A stretch of DNA of 63,993 bases, the filler included, from Hausera hauseri (taxonomy: Eukaryota), in assembly GCA_046269625.1 (NCBI GenBank). It is 11 parts of 11 records of this genome, joined end to end, with 100 filler letters (N's around TTAATTAATTAA, not from the genome) between each part and the next. Parts side by side here need not be neighbours in the genome. Positions count along the whole stretch, not along the records: positions 49,752 to 59,949 come from JBJURY010227740.1; 10 more parts are not named here. The stretch is one strand, 5' to 3'. Under the pieces are notes generated by a model. That model worked only from the letters and a program-made list of their open reading frames with translations, had not been told where the DNA came from and searched no databases. A program made the translations under genes and the position numbers. Below are positions 49,825-58,971 of this stretch, one piece after another (within the stretch, counting starts at the first letter, position 1; every line of letters starts with the position of its first letter).

Positions 49825-51291
49825 CTAGGCACTGCGCTACTCCGTTTGGGCGAGCGAGAAAACGGCACGCAGCAGTTGCAGGCGGCGGTGGCGGCCTACC
49901 GCCAGGCCTTGCTGGAGTACACCCGCGAGCAAGTGCCGCTGCAATGGGCGATGACGCTAAACAACCTGGGCGGTGCGCTATTCCGTTTGGGCGAGCGCGA
50001 AAACGGCACGCAGCAGTTGCAGGCGGCGGTGGAGGCCTACCGCCAGGCCTTGCTGGAGTACACCCGCGAGCAAGTGCCGCTGGATTGGGCAATGACGCAA
50101 AACAACCTGGGCACTGCGCTACTCCGTTTGGGCGAACGCGAAAGCGGCACGCAGCAGTTGCAGGCGGCGGTGGTGGCCTATCGCCAGGCCTTGCTGGAAT
50201 ACACCCGCGAGCAAGTGCCGCTGCAGTGGGCGATGACGCAAAACAGCTTGGGCAATGTGCTACTCCGTTTGGGCGAGCGCGAAAGCGGCACACAGCACCT
50301 GCAGGCGGCGGCGGAGGCCTACCACCAGGCCTTGCAAGAGCGCACCCGCGAGCAAGTGCCGCTGGATTGGGCAATGACGCAAAACAACCTGGGCAATGCG
50401 CTAAGCAGTTTGGGCGAACGCGAAAGCGGCACGCAGCAGTTGCAGGCGGCGGTGGCGGCCTACCGCCAGGCCTTGCTGGAATACACCCGCGAGCAAGTGC
50501 CGCTGCAATGGGCAATGACGCAAAACAACCTGGGCACTGCGCTACTCAGCTTGGGCGAACGCGAAAGCGGCACGCAGCAGTTGCAGGCGGCGGTGGATGC
50601 CTTCCGCCTGGCCTTGCTGGAATACACCCGCGAGCAAGTGCCGCTGGATTGGGCGACGACGCAAAACAACCTGGGCAATGCGCTACTCCGTTTGGGCGAA
50701 CGCGAAAGCGGCACACAGCAGTTGCAGGCGGCGGTGGTGGCCTACCGCCAGGCCTTGCAAGAGCGCACCCGCGAGCAAGTGCCGCTGGAATGGGCGATGA
50801 CGCAAAACAACCTGGGCACTGCGCTATTCCGCTTGGGCGAGCGCGAAAGCGGCACGCAGCACTTGCAGGCGGCGGTGGCGGCCTGTCGCCAAGCCTTGCT
50901 GGAATACACCCGCGAGCAAGTGCCGCTGCAGTGGGCGATGACGCAAAACAGCCTGGGCAATGCGCTATTCCGTTTGGGCGAGTGCGAAAGCGGCACGCAG
51001 CAGTTGCGGGCGGCGGTGGAGGCTTATCGCCAGGCCTTGCTGGAATACACCCGCGAGCAAGTGCCGCTGCAGTGGGCGATGACGCAAAACAACCTGGGCA
51101 ATGCGCTACGCAGTCTGGGCGAACGCGAAAGCGGCACGCAGCACTTGCAGGCGGCGGTGGCGGCCTACCGCCTGGCTTTGCAGGTTTTCTCTTCCAAGAA
51201 TGCACCAGCGTACCAAGCTATGGCGCAACGAAACCTGGACGAAGCATTACGCCTGTTAGCCGCCCGCGAAAACGGGGCGCAAAATTGCTAA
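49825..51291 (+). CDS. TPR-like tandem repeat protein, about 10 x 47 aa (141 bp); N-terminus cut off by the IS
   Basis: Repeat EQVPLxWAMTQNNLGxALxxLGERESGTQQLQAAVxAYRQALLEYTR; the track's GTG start at 49819 lies within the IS end. Confidence 0.92.
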   Translation, partial: LGTALLRLGERENGTQQLQAAVAAYRQALLEYTREQVPLQWAMTLNNLGGALFRLGERENGTQQLQAAVEAYRQALLEYTREQVPLDWAMTQNNLGTALLRLGERESGTQQLQAAVVAYRQALLEYTREQVPLQWAMTQNSLGNVLLRLGERESGTQHLQAAAEAYHQALQERTREQVPLDWAMTQNNLGNALSSLGERESGTQQLQAAVAAYRQALLEYTREQVPLQWAMTQNNLGTALLSLGERESGTQQLQAAVDAFRLALLEYTREQVPLDWATTQNNLGNALLRLGERESGTQQLQAAVVAYRQALQERTREQVPLEWAMTQNNLGTALFRLGERESGTQHLQAAVAACRQALLEYTREQVPLQWAMTQNSLGNALFRLGECESGTQQLRAAVEAYRQALLEYTREQVPLQWAMTQNNLGNALRSLGERESGTQHLQAAVAAYRLALQVFSSKNAPAYQAMAQRNLDEALRLLAARENGAQNC

Positions 51292-51424
51292 GCCCACCGC
51301 TCCGCCCCCGGTAAAACGCACACGGCCGCCCCAGGCGTTTTTCAAGCTGCCGGCGCTGCCACTTCGCGCCAAAGAATGGGATGAGGCCAAAACCACCCGC
51401 CTTTACCACTTCGCGGCCTGGCCG

Positions 51425-51748
51425 TTATGCCACCCCGATGAAAATAGCCAGGGCGCGGTTCACGGCCACCATCGTTTCATCGTCCAGCCGCCCTATCACC
51501 TGCCCCACTTTATCGCGCGCGACCGATTGCGGCTTGTCCACCATCACTTGTGAAGCTTTGTTGAGCGCATTGGCAGCGTTGGGATGCACAGAAATTCTGA
51601 AAAGCGGCGCATCGCGCAGCTCGTTGGTCACGGGCAAAACCATGATGGAAGGATGCGCCTCGAAAAGATTGGACTGAATGATGAGTGCGGGGCGCGACTT
51701 GCCCAGATCGCCCTGTAAGGCAATCGTCACCAGGTCACCGCGTCTCAC
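51425..51748 (-). CDS. mazF: PemK/MazF-family toxin
   Basis: MRRGDLVTIALQGDLGKSRPALIIQS...VLPVT...SQVMVDKPQSV. Confidence 0.92.
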   Translation of the reverse strand: MRRGDLVTIALQGDLGKSRPALIIQSNLFEAHPSIMVLPVTNELRDAPLFRISVHPNAANALNKASQVMVDKPQSVARDKVGQVIGRLDDETMVAVNRALAIFIGVA

Positions 51749-51957
51749 ACCCAGCCCTCTGTATCCGCTACGGCAGACAGTTCATCCAGTACCACGCGCT
51801 CATGCGCGTCGTTGCGTAACAGCAGGGATTGGCGTTGACACTCCTGTGCAAACCCCGCGCGCCGCGTATCCGGCACCCAGATTTGCACCGGGCGCAGACC
51901 GGAGGCACGCAAGGCCGCCCGATGACACTTCACGCGTTCAGATGTGTTTGCTCTCAT
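51745..51957 (-). CDS. MazE-like antitoxin (DUF3018 type)
   Basis: RV..HRAALRASGLRPVQIWVPDTR...F..EC.RQS; 4-nt overlap with the toxin start. Confidence 0.88.
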   Translation of the reverse strand: MRANTSERVKCHRAALRASGLRPVQIWVPDTRRAGFAQECQRQSLLLRNDAHERVVLDELSAVADTEGWV

Positions 51958-52015
51958 TTGAAGCCTCCAGTAATTCCGTTACAAGCAACACCCCGAAATC
52001 CCCACGTCATTCCCA

Positions 52016-52293
52016 TCATGCCGTCCACAACTCGATGCCCCGGCTTTTCGCGTGCTGGGCAAGACTGGTTTTCAGCTCGTCATCTCCCTGAAAGGTATCT
52101 TCCAGCACGATGATTCTGGCAGGTGCGGCTTCTACCAGCGCCCGCAGTTGTTTCCGTGTGGGCTGGGTGTGCGCGTTGAGATGGCCAGCACCGCGTTGTC
52201 GTCGCCAGATTCGCCCACCTTGCGCACCTCCAGCCCGGCAATCGTTTCGGTATGGATAGGCTCGATCAGCGAATAGCCCAGCTTGAGCAAGAT
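52016..52293 (-). pseudogene. mod: C-terminal fragment of a type III restriction-modification methyltransferase (Mod)
   Basis: With one frameshift: ILLKLGYSLIEPIHTETIAGLEV...LNAHTQPTRKQLRALV...IIVLEDTFQGDDELKTSLAQHAKSRGIELWTA*; no N-terminus and no res gene. Confidence 0.65.
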
Positions 52294-52331
52294 TAATGCC
52301 CATCCTGTCCAAATCAGGCATATCGCTGCCT

Positions 52332-52361
52332 AAAAAAAGGGGTGCCACTTTGGGGCACCCC
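52332..52361 (-). terminator. Rho-independent terminator of the TonB-dependent receptor gene
   Basis: Minus strand GGGGTGCC-CCAAAGT-GGCACCCC-TTTTTTT, 30 nt downstream of the stop. Confidence 0.85.
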
Positions 52362-52390
52362 TGGACGGAGATACGTCAAACCAGAAACGT

Positions 52391-54709
52391 TTACAAGTTT
52401 CCGCTGGTGGTCTTTACCCCACCAAAGTCATACCGCAAACCCACCCAGGCCGAACGCGGTGCGCCTGGCGCAACCAGGCGAGCAGAATCCCCCTCACCCA
52501 CAAAAGCACCTGTCGTCAGGTTAAAAGCGCTTTCACGCAACACCGCTGCACTGTAATAACGACGATCAAACACATTATTCACCTTGCCAAACAGGCTCCA
52601 TCCTGTATTGCCAAAGTCGACGCGCGTATCCAGATTCAACACACTATAACCCCCGACCTTGCCTTTGGGATCGGCATTGTTTTCATTGCCATACGCAAAC
52701 TGGTCACTAAACAACACAAGGTTCACGCCCACATTCCAGATCGGCAACACCTGATAAGCACCTCTCAACTTGAACTGATGCCTGGGGATGCCCGGAATCC
52801 GGTTACCCGCACGTGCACAGATGGTGCCCTTGGAGGCGACCCCCGCGCAGTTGGTTCCCTTGAACGGATTACCATCGGCCTGCAAGTCAAAAGAAGTCTG
52901 GTAGGTTGCCCGAACCAAGCTGTAACTGGCAGACCAGCTAAAATCATTCAGCTTACCATCCAGCCCAAAATCAAACCCTTCACGCAGGGTTTTACCGACA
53001 TTTTGAAAATACCCACTCCTGGCTGTTGCCGAAACAAACTGAATATCGTCGCTATTTTCAGTGGTGTATGCCGCAGCACTCCAACGAATCCCGTTATCCA
53101 GCCTGCCACGCACGCCTGCTTCCCAGGTTCTGCTGACCACCTGCTTTAACGGAGGGTCCCCCGCCATGGCGTTGGGCAAATTGCAGGGATACTGTTTGGA
53201 GGCACACCCCAGCTCGATTACCGAAGGGGCACGACTCCCTTCGGTATAACCACCAAAGAAATTCAGTGCCGGACTCAACGTATATGTTGCGCCCAGCGCC
53301 GGGTTAAAACGGCTAAACCGATGATTGCCGGTCAATGACAGGCGGGTATCCCCGCCAATGAGGCCTGTGCTGCCTGCAACAGGAATCAGTCCATCCCGGT
53401 TACTGATGGACGTTGTGTTATATCGACCCGAAAGCGTGACTGCAAATGCAGGGGTGATCTTGAACGTATCGGTGGCAAACACCCCCCAGGTGTCGGTATC
53501 GCCATTCAACTTCACTCTTTGCACGATGTTCTGCAAACCTGCGGCCACATCAACCCCACGCGACGCATTGAACTTGTTAAAGCTCTGGACGGATTGGCCA
53601 TAAGTCAAATCACCCCAGTCATAAGTCAAGCCCCCGGTCAGCACATTGCGCGCAGTTTCCCAACTCAGTTGACCAGAAACACCATAGGCGTTTTGCCGAA
53701 TGGAGCCACGGTTAATCACGCCTTGCGGACCGTCCTCGTTCCCGGTGGCATCCGCGTTATAACTGTCGGTATCCGTGTTGCGATAATAAGCCACCAGATT
53801 CAGAGACAGGTTATCCGCCAGCCAATAATTAAACTGCCCGGTCAGGCCGTTGTGCTTGTTCCGGGTTATGTCTGGCTGCGTATATACAGTGCGATACCCG
53901 AAACGTTTGAGAAAGCTATCCGGCACATACCCATTCCCATACAATTCATTATCGGCCAGCGTCAGGCTGATGGTCACATCGGCCTGTTCCCCTTTCCATC
54001 CCACTTTTGAAAACAGTTGTCGCACATTGCTCTTGGAGTATTGCCGCCACCCATCTTCCTTGAAAATATTACCGGCAACGAAATAATGCCCTCCATTATC
54101 CAGCTTGCCCCCGTACTCACCTTCCAGCGCGCGCCGCCCAAATGACCCGACATAAGCCTGCATGCCTCCACCCGGCGCAGTCAGCCCGCTTTTGGTCGTC
54201 ACAGACAAGGCACCTCCCAAGGTATTCAGGCCAAAGAGTGCATTCGAACCCGGCATCAGATTCATGTTGGCGATAGCATTTTTGGGAATCAGATCCCAGT
54301 GGACCGTATCACCAAACAGGCTGTTGACCCGCACCCCATCCTGATACACCGAAACACCCTGTGGCGCACCGGCCAAAGGAGAAGCCATGAAGCCGTGATA
54401 ATTCAAATTGGGCTGATAGGGGTTGTTCTGCGCCTCATTGATATTTACCCCGGGCGCCGCATTATTCAGATAATCGGTAATATCCAGGCTCTGCCGCGCG
54501 CGCACGTCATCTGCCTTGAGCGTGCGAACATTCGAGGGCACCTGATTCACCGGCACCGCAAACCCCGGCAAGGGCGTGGTGCTGATGACTTCAATTGGCG
54601 GCAATACCTGCACATTGCCGGTTTTATCTTCTGCTGCTTGTACCTGTCCTCCCCAGGCACAGACAACCGCCACAACAAGGGGGCGTAAACGCATGCTCAC
54701 CTGCCTCAT
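52391..54709 (-). CDS. TonB-dependent outer-membrane receptor
   Basis: Signal peptide, TonB-box-like IEVIST, plug NPYQPNLNYHGFMASPLAGAPQGVSVYQDGVRVN, C-terminal PGAPRSAWVGLRYDF; GAGGAG RBS before ATG 54709. Confidence 0.93.
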   Translation of the reverse strand: MRQVSMRLRPLVVAVVCAWGGQVQAAEDKTGNVQVLPPIEVISTTPLPGFAVPVNQVPSNVRTLKADDVRARQSLDITDYLNNAAPGVNINEAQNNPYQPNLNYHGFMASPLAGAPQGVSVYQDGVRVNSLFGDTVHWDLIPKNAIANMNLMPGSNALFGLNTLGGALSVTTKSGLTAPGGGMQAYVGSFGRRALEGEYGGKLDNGGHYFVAGNIFKEDGWRQYSKSNVRQLFSKVGWKGEQADVTISLTLADNELYGNGYVPDSFLKRFGYRTVYTQPDITRNKHNGLTGQFNYWLADNLSLNLVAYYRNTDTDSYNADATGNEDGPQGVINRGSIRQNAYGVSGQLSWETARNVLTGGLTYDWGDLTYGQSVQSFNKFNASRGVDVAAGLQNIVQRVKLNGDTDTWGVFATDTFKITPAFAVTLSGRYNTTSISNRDGLIPVAGSTGLIGGDTRLSLTGNHRFSRFNPALGATYTLSPALNFFGGYTEGSRAPSVIELGCASKQYPCNLPNAMAGDPPLKQVVSRTWEAGVRGRLDNGIRWSAAAYTTENSDDIQFVSATARSGYFQNVGKTLREGFDFGLDGKLNDFSWSASYSLVRATYQTSFDLQADGNPFKGTNCAGVASKGTICARAGNRIPGIPRHQFKLRGAYQVLPIWNVGVNLVLFSDQFAYGNENNADPKGKVGGYSVLNLDTRVDFGNTGWSLFGKVNNVFDRRYYSAAVLRESAFNLTTGAFVGEGDSARLVAPGAPRSAWVGLRYDFGGVKTTSGNL

Positions 54710-54786
54710 AAAGTTCTCCTCAACATTATCAATCAACAGACAGAACGCTTGAACACACGAATCAAGACTGTTGTGCAGCTTAGCCG

Positions 54787-54822
54787 AACTCCCGACAACA
54801 CAACAATAGGAAAAACTCCCGA
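54787..54822. promoter_or_regulatory. Direct repeat AACTCCCGA x2 in the divergent promoter region; putative regulator site
   Basis: Copies at 54787-54795 and 54814-54822. Confidence 0.4.
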
Positions 54823-54893
54823 TTCATTCGCACGAGTTGCATTCTCTCCGTCTCGTACTATAGTAGCTCCCATTCACCAAGAAGCCTGCCGCC

Positions 54894-56228
54894 GTGAGCC
54901 TGAAACTCCGTCTGAACCTGATTATTACCGCGTTGCTGCTGCTGATTATTCTGGCGGGCACCTTGCTGACGCTGAAAAACGCCCAGCAAAATGCCCGGGC
55001 CGAAATTGTTTCTACCGAAAAACTGATACGCCACCTGCTCGACGTACCGCTGGGCAGCCGTTATGACCTGAACACGCTTTACGGCAGACCTTTTCATCTG
55101 GAACAACTCAGCCACCTGCGCCATATTAAAATCGAGCTACACGACCAGACCGGCCGGGTGATCGACAGCAACCGGGGTCAGAACCTGCCTTACAATGAAA
55201 CCCCGGTCTGGTTCCAGAAGCTGCTGAATCGCTTTTCTCCACATTGGCCCACCACGGTCAGACTACTGGAGCAACAAGGACAAATCACCGGCAGACTGGT
55301 TATTATTCCCGACCCTTCCTACGAATATGCCGAGATGTGGCACCAGACGAAAGGAACCCTGCTGCTTTCCGGCGCATTTCTGGTGCTCGTCAATCTGATG
55401 GTGTCATGGGCGGTAGGGCAGGCGCTTTCTCCCAGCACCCGAATTCTCGCCGCACTGAACGATCTGGAACATGGCAATCTTTCTGCCCGTCTGCCCGGAT
55501 TTCACCTGCGAGAGCTCGCGCAGATAGCCGAAAAATTCAATCTGATGGCCGATACGCTACAGCAAAACATCGTACGCAACCGCCAACTATCGCAACAGCT
55601 CATCACGCTGCAAGAAGCTGAACGCAAAAGCCTGGCTCAGGATTTACACGACGAATTCGGTCAATGCCTGACCGCCATACATACCGATGCCACGATTATT
55701 CTGAACAATGCCGAACAAAAATATCCTGAACTGGTCACCAGCGCCAGTGCCATTTCGCAACTCTCTCATCACCTGATGATACTGGTCAGCGGCCTGTTGC
55801 AACGCTTGCGACCGAGCATACTGGATGAACTGGGATTGGCTGCTGCGGTTGAAGACCTGGTGGGAACCTACCGGAGCCGACACCCACAAATTCACTTTGA
55901 CTGTACCATGACGGATATTCCTGATCACCTGGAAGAAACCATCAACGTGGCGGCTTACCGGATGGTACAGGAGAGTCTGACCAATATCGTGCGCCACGCC
56001 CAGGCAACGCAGGTGAGCGTAAATTTGCAGATGGTGAATCAGCAAAGCCAGCAGGGTCTGCAAATTACTGTGCGAGATAATGGTCGGGGATTTGCCAACG
56101 AAAAAACCGAAGGCTTTGGACTGATCGGCATGCGGGAACGTATCGCCGGTATTGGTGGCAACATCACCCTGCACACGACACCGGGCACCACCATATTGGC
56201 CTGGATACCGACCGGAACCATTACCTGA
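54894..56228 (+). CDS. HisKA_3 sensor histidine kinase with HAMP domain (MxcQ/MoxY-like)
   Basis: Two TM helices, ERKSLAQDLHDEFGQ, LRPSILDELGL, QESLTNIVRHA, DNGRGF, GLIGMRERI. Confidence 0.92.
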   Translation: MSLKLRLNLIITALLLLIILAGTLLTLKNAQQNARAEIVSTEKLIRHLLDVPLGSRYDLNTLYGRPFHLEQLSHLRHIKIELHDQTGRVIDSNRGQNLPYNETPVWFQKLLNRFSPHWPTTVRLLEQQGQITGRLVIIPDPSYEYAEMWHQTKGTLLLSGAFLVLVNLMVSWAVGQALSPSTRILAALNDLEHGNLSARLPGFHLRELAQIAEKFNLMADTLQQNIVRNRQLSQQLITLQEAERKSLAQDLHDEFGQCLTAIHTDATIILNNAEQKYPELVTSASAISQLSHHLMILVSGLLQRLRPSILDELGLAAAVEDLVGTYRSRHPQIHFDCTMTDIPDHLEETINVAAYRMVQESLTNIVRHAQATQVSVNLQMVNQQSQQGLQITVRDNGRGFANEKTEGFGLIGMRERIAGIGGNITLHTTPGTTILAWIPTGTIT

Positions 56229-56884
56229 TGTCGTCTTCGATCAATATCATGCTGGTGGATGATCACGCGGTTGTGCGCGCCGGCATACGGCGTCTGCTGG
56301 AGCAACAGCAGGAATTCACCGTCGTGGCAGAGGCCGAATCGGGAGAAGATGCCTATCAGATATTTGGCCAGTATCTGCCAGACATTACCATCATTGATCT
56401 GGCCATGCCAGGCATGGGCGGCCTGGAAGCAATCAAGCGTATACTGGCACGCTACCCCTCGGCCAAACTGCTGGTGCTCTCCATGCACGACCAGGCCGCC
56501 TTTGCGACGCAGGCGCTCAAGGTGGGCGCACGGGGTTATTTGACCAAGAACAGTCTGGCTGAAGAACTGATTGGCGCGCTACAGGCGTTGGCGAGGGGAG
56601 AGACTTATATCAATGACGAACTGATGCAGAAAATGGGCAAGCCGCACGTACGCCCGATGGAGCTGCTTTCTGTGCGGGAATTCGAGATTTTCCGTCTGCT
56701 GGTAGAGGGTGTGGACAATGAAACGATAGCCGAGAGACTCAAAATCAGCGGCAAAACCGTGGCCAACCACCAGACCAGCATCAAACAGAAACTGGCCGCC
56801 AACAACCCCATCGATCTGGTACGTATCGCCATCCGTTACGGCATCATCAGCAGTGAGCATCCGGGCAATGAATACCCTTCTTGA
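56228..56884 (+). CDS. NarL/LuxR-family response regulator
   Basis: LVDDHAVVR, IDLAMPG, GYLTK, LSVREFEIF...ISGKTVANH; start overlaps the kinase stop. Confidence 0.93.
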   Translation: MSSSINIMLVDDHAVVRAGIRRLLEQQQEFTVVAEAESGEDAYQIFGQYLPDITIIDLAMPGMGGLEAIKRILARYPSAKLLVLSMHDQAAFATQALKVGARGYLTKNSLAEELIGALQALARGETYINDELMQKMGKPHVRPMELLSVREFEIFRLLVEGVDNETIAERLKISGKTVANHQTSIKQKLAANNPIDLVRIAIRYGIISSEHPGNEYPS

Positions 56885-56888
56885 GCAT

Positions 56889-57317
56889 CTACCTCAAGAC
56901 AGCAGATGCAACACCCTGCAACTTCTCCACAAATCTGGCCTTGTCAATCACAACCCGTTCATGCCGCCCCCGTGAAATCACCTTCACGCCATCATGTGCC
57001 TCAACCTCAAAAACCAGCCGACGGCCATCTGTCTCGATCAGACGTACACTGGCCGTTACTTCACGCCCCGGCGGTGTGGCCGCTTCATGGCTGACATCAA
57101 TATGCGTTCCTACACTCTGTTCCCTCGGCCAGTCCAGATGCGGCTTTAACGCCAGGATACACGCCCACTCCAGAAATCCCACCAGAAAACCGGTGGCAAG
57201 AACTTCAGGCATATCCAGAAACTCCGGCGACTCCGGGTACAAAGCCGGAACGGTTTTGGACAACGGCACCTTAAAAGTATGTTGGTGCCGGATACCGGGT
57301 TGCAACGTTGCTTTCAT
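56889..57317 (-). CDS. Fluoroacetyl-CoA thioesterase (FlK)-like hotdog protein
   Basis: PEVLATGFLVGFLEWAC...SVGTHIDVSHEAATPPG...GRHERVVI; start ATG 57317 coupled to the upstream stop. Confidence 0.88.
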   Translation of the reverse strand: MKATLQPGIRHQHTFKVPLSKTVPALYPESPEFLDMPEVLATGFLVGFLEWACILALKPHLDWPREQSVGTHIDVSHEAATPPGREVTASVRLIETDGRRLVFEVEAHDGVKVISRGRHERVVIDKARFVEKLQGVASAVLR

Positions 57318-58870
57318 GATGATTCCTCCACAGGACGAGAGGAAGCAGCAGCACCGGCGGTATGCAAGGCTCGCAAGGTTTTCGCCCGGGCAGTTTCCGG
57401 CAGGGCGTTCAGCTCCCTGAAGTAAGCCACAACTGCGGCACAAGACGACACCGGCGAAGCTGCACGCATATCAGCATACTGCAACATGCGTACTTGTGCA
57501 GGGGTCAGGCGCTTCACCAGCTCCTGCACCAATTCCTGGGTTTCCTGCGCGCTGAAACTCTGCCGGTAACGTTCGTCATTGTCACGCAGCAGGCTGGTTA
57601 TAAACGCCATCTCACGAGCAACCAGAGTCTGCGGCAACGGTGCTTGCACCGGTTGGGAAGCCGGAAACGCCAACGCAGTACATGCCGCCGCATAACGGCT
57701 GCCAAAAGCTTCGGCCTTGGCTTGCAGCAAAGCAGCCATTTCCACCAATGTGGCATCCGAAGCTATCGGCATCAACTGTGTCACCAGGGCGCGCAACTCG
57801 ATCGCCCCAGCCGCCTTGACCTCAGCTTCAGACTTGCCGGCCTGCAAGTTTGCCCAGGACATATCCAGCATACGTTCAAAAGATTGGGGATACTTGGCTG
57901 CCATCGTTTCAAACAGTGCTGCTCTGCGAAGTTCCTGCGCCAAAGCGCCGCGAGTACCAATGTTCTGCCAAGCTGTCGTCGTCTCTGTCAGTACCCCGGC
58001 GACCTGCAATTCAGCATGGGTGGGATACCACACCTGACTGCTTGGAGTCGCCACCACGTGTGCAATGAAATCATCATTCACTCCGGCATTCCGGTACACG
58101 ACTCTGGCCATATCGGCGTACAACTGGCTGCGTTTATGCTCCAGATAGGCAAATTCTGCATGGTGTCCGGATCGCACACCACTAAAACTGTGAAAACCAA
58201 TTCTGGCTCCTGGTGCCGCCAACCTGTGCATGCCTGCCAGAAAGGCTATCGTGCAAGCCGAACTGCATTCCTTGTCCACATAGGTATCCAGATGCCATTG
58301 AGTGATAACATGCGCCATCAGGTAGCCTTGGCGCACCCAGCCACCGGGGGAGTGCAATACAACCTGCGTGACCCCCGGTGCAGTATTCAAGGCTTTTTGC
58401 AAGGCCGCCTCACTCCCCTCACCCAGCACACCATTTACCCACACGGTCTTTCCACTCACCCGGACAACAGCTGCAACATCGAGTTTCTGGCCGCTGGCTA
58501 TCTCCCAGTGTTCATCCCAGATGGCACGGGAACTCACTGCAAAATTCATCGTCCAGATCAGGGATACGGATAACATGATCCGCACCAGACTCGCCCACAG
58601 GGGCTTTCCCCCGCGAGCGACATGTCGCCTGGCTGAACGCCAACTGCCCACGACAGACCACAGCCAGATCACCACGATCAGCCCGGTGCTTAACAGTACG
58701 GCTGCCGAGCTGGTCTGTGCCGAAAAGTGTGCCCCTATCCATGGCAACAGAGCGGCAATCAAGGCCATGATGCTGAATGGCACCAGTAACGTATTCACCC
58801 AATAGGACCACCCCAATGGGTATTCCCCTTGCCAATGCTTGAGCAAAAAACCTGCCTGAGGTTCCGACAT
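57314..58870 (-). CDS. Membrane protein with N-terminal TM helices and a ClpP/crotonase-like periplasmic domain (COG3904-like)
   Basis: HWQGEYPLGWSYWVN, LHSPGG, CSSACTIAFLAG, IGFHS. Confidence 0.75.
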   Translation of the reverse strand: MSEPQAGFLLKHWQGEYPLGWSYWVNTLLVPFSIMALIAALLPWIGAHFSAQTSSAAVLLSTGLIVVIWLWSVVGSWRSARRHVARGGKPLWASLVRIMLSVSLIWTMNFAVSSRAIWDEHWEIASGQKLDVAAVVRVSGKTVWVNGVLGEGSEAALQKALNTAPGVTQVVLHSPGGWVRQGYLMAHVITQWHLDTYVDKECSSACTIAFLAGMHRLAAPGARIGFHSFSGVRSGHHAEFAYLEHKRSQLYADMARVVYRNAGVNDDFIAHVVATPSSQVWYPTHAELQVAGVLTETTTAWQNIGTRGALAQELRRAALFETMAAKYPQSFERMLDMSWANLQAGKSEAEVKAAGAIELRALVTQLMPIASDATLVEMAALLQAKAEAFGSRYAAACTALAFPASQPVQAPLPQTLVAREMAFITSLLRDNDERYRQSFSAQETQELVQELVKRLTPAQVRMLQYADMRAASPVSSCAAVVAYFRELNALPETARAKTLRALHTAGAAASSRPVEESS

Positions 58871-58971
58871 CTTTCGTGCATCCTTTCCACAGATACCTGT
58901 CTTGTCAGCGCACCGTCTTACCAGCGGGTGATTCTACACGTGTGTGTAACAATTACGCTACCATGCGTCCC

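Noticed and set aside
49825-51200. CRISPR-like array
   Set aside because: Contiguous coding repeats with no unique spacers and no cas genes.
49814-51314. Long alternative-frame ORFs (456 aa +, 233 and 219 aa -) over the TPR gene
   Set aside because: Shadow ORFs of a GC-rich 141-bp in-frame repeat.
57362-58573. 403-aa + strand ORF
   Set aside because: Antisense shadow of the 518-aa membrane protein; no motifs.
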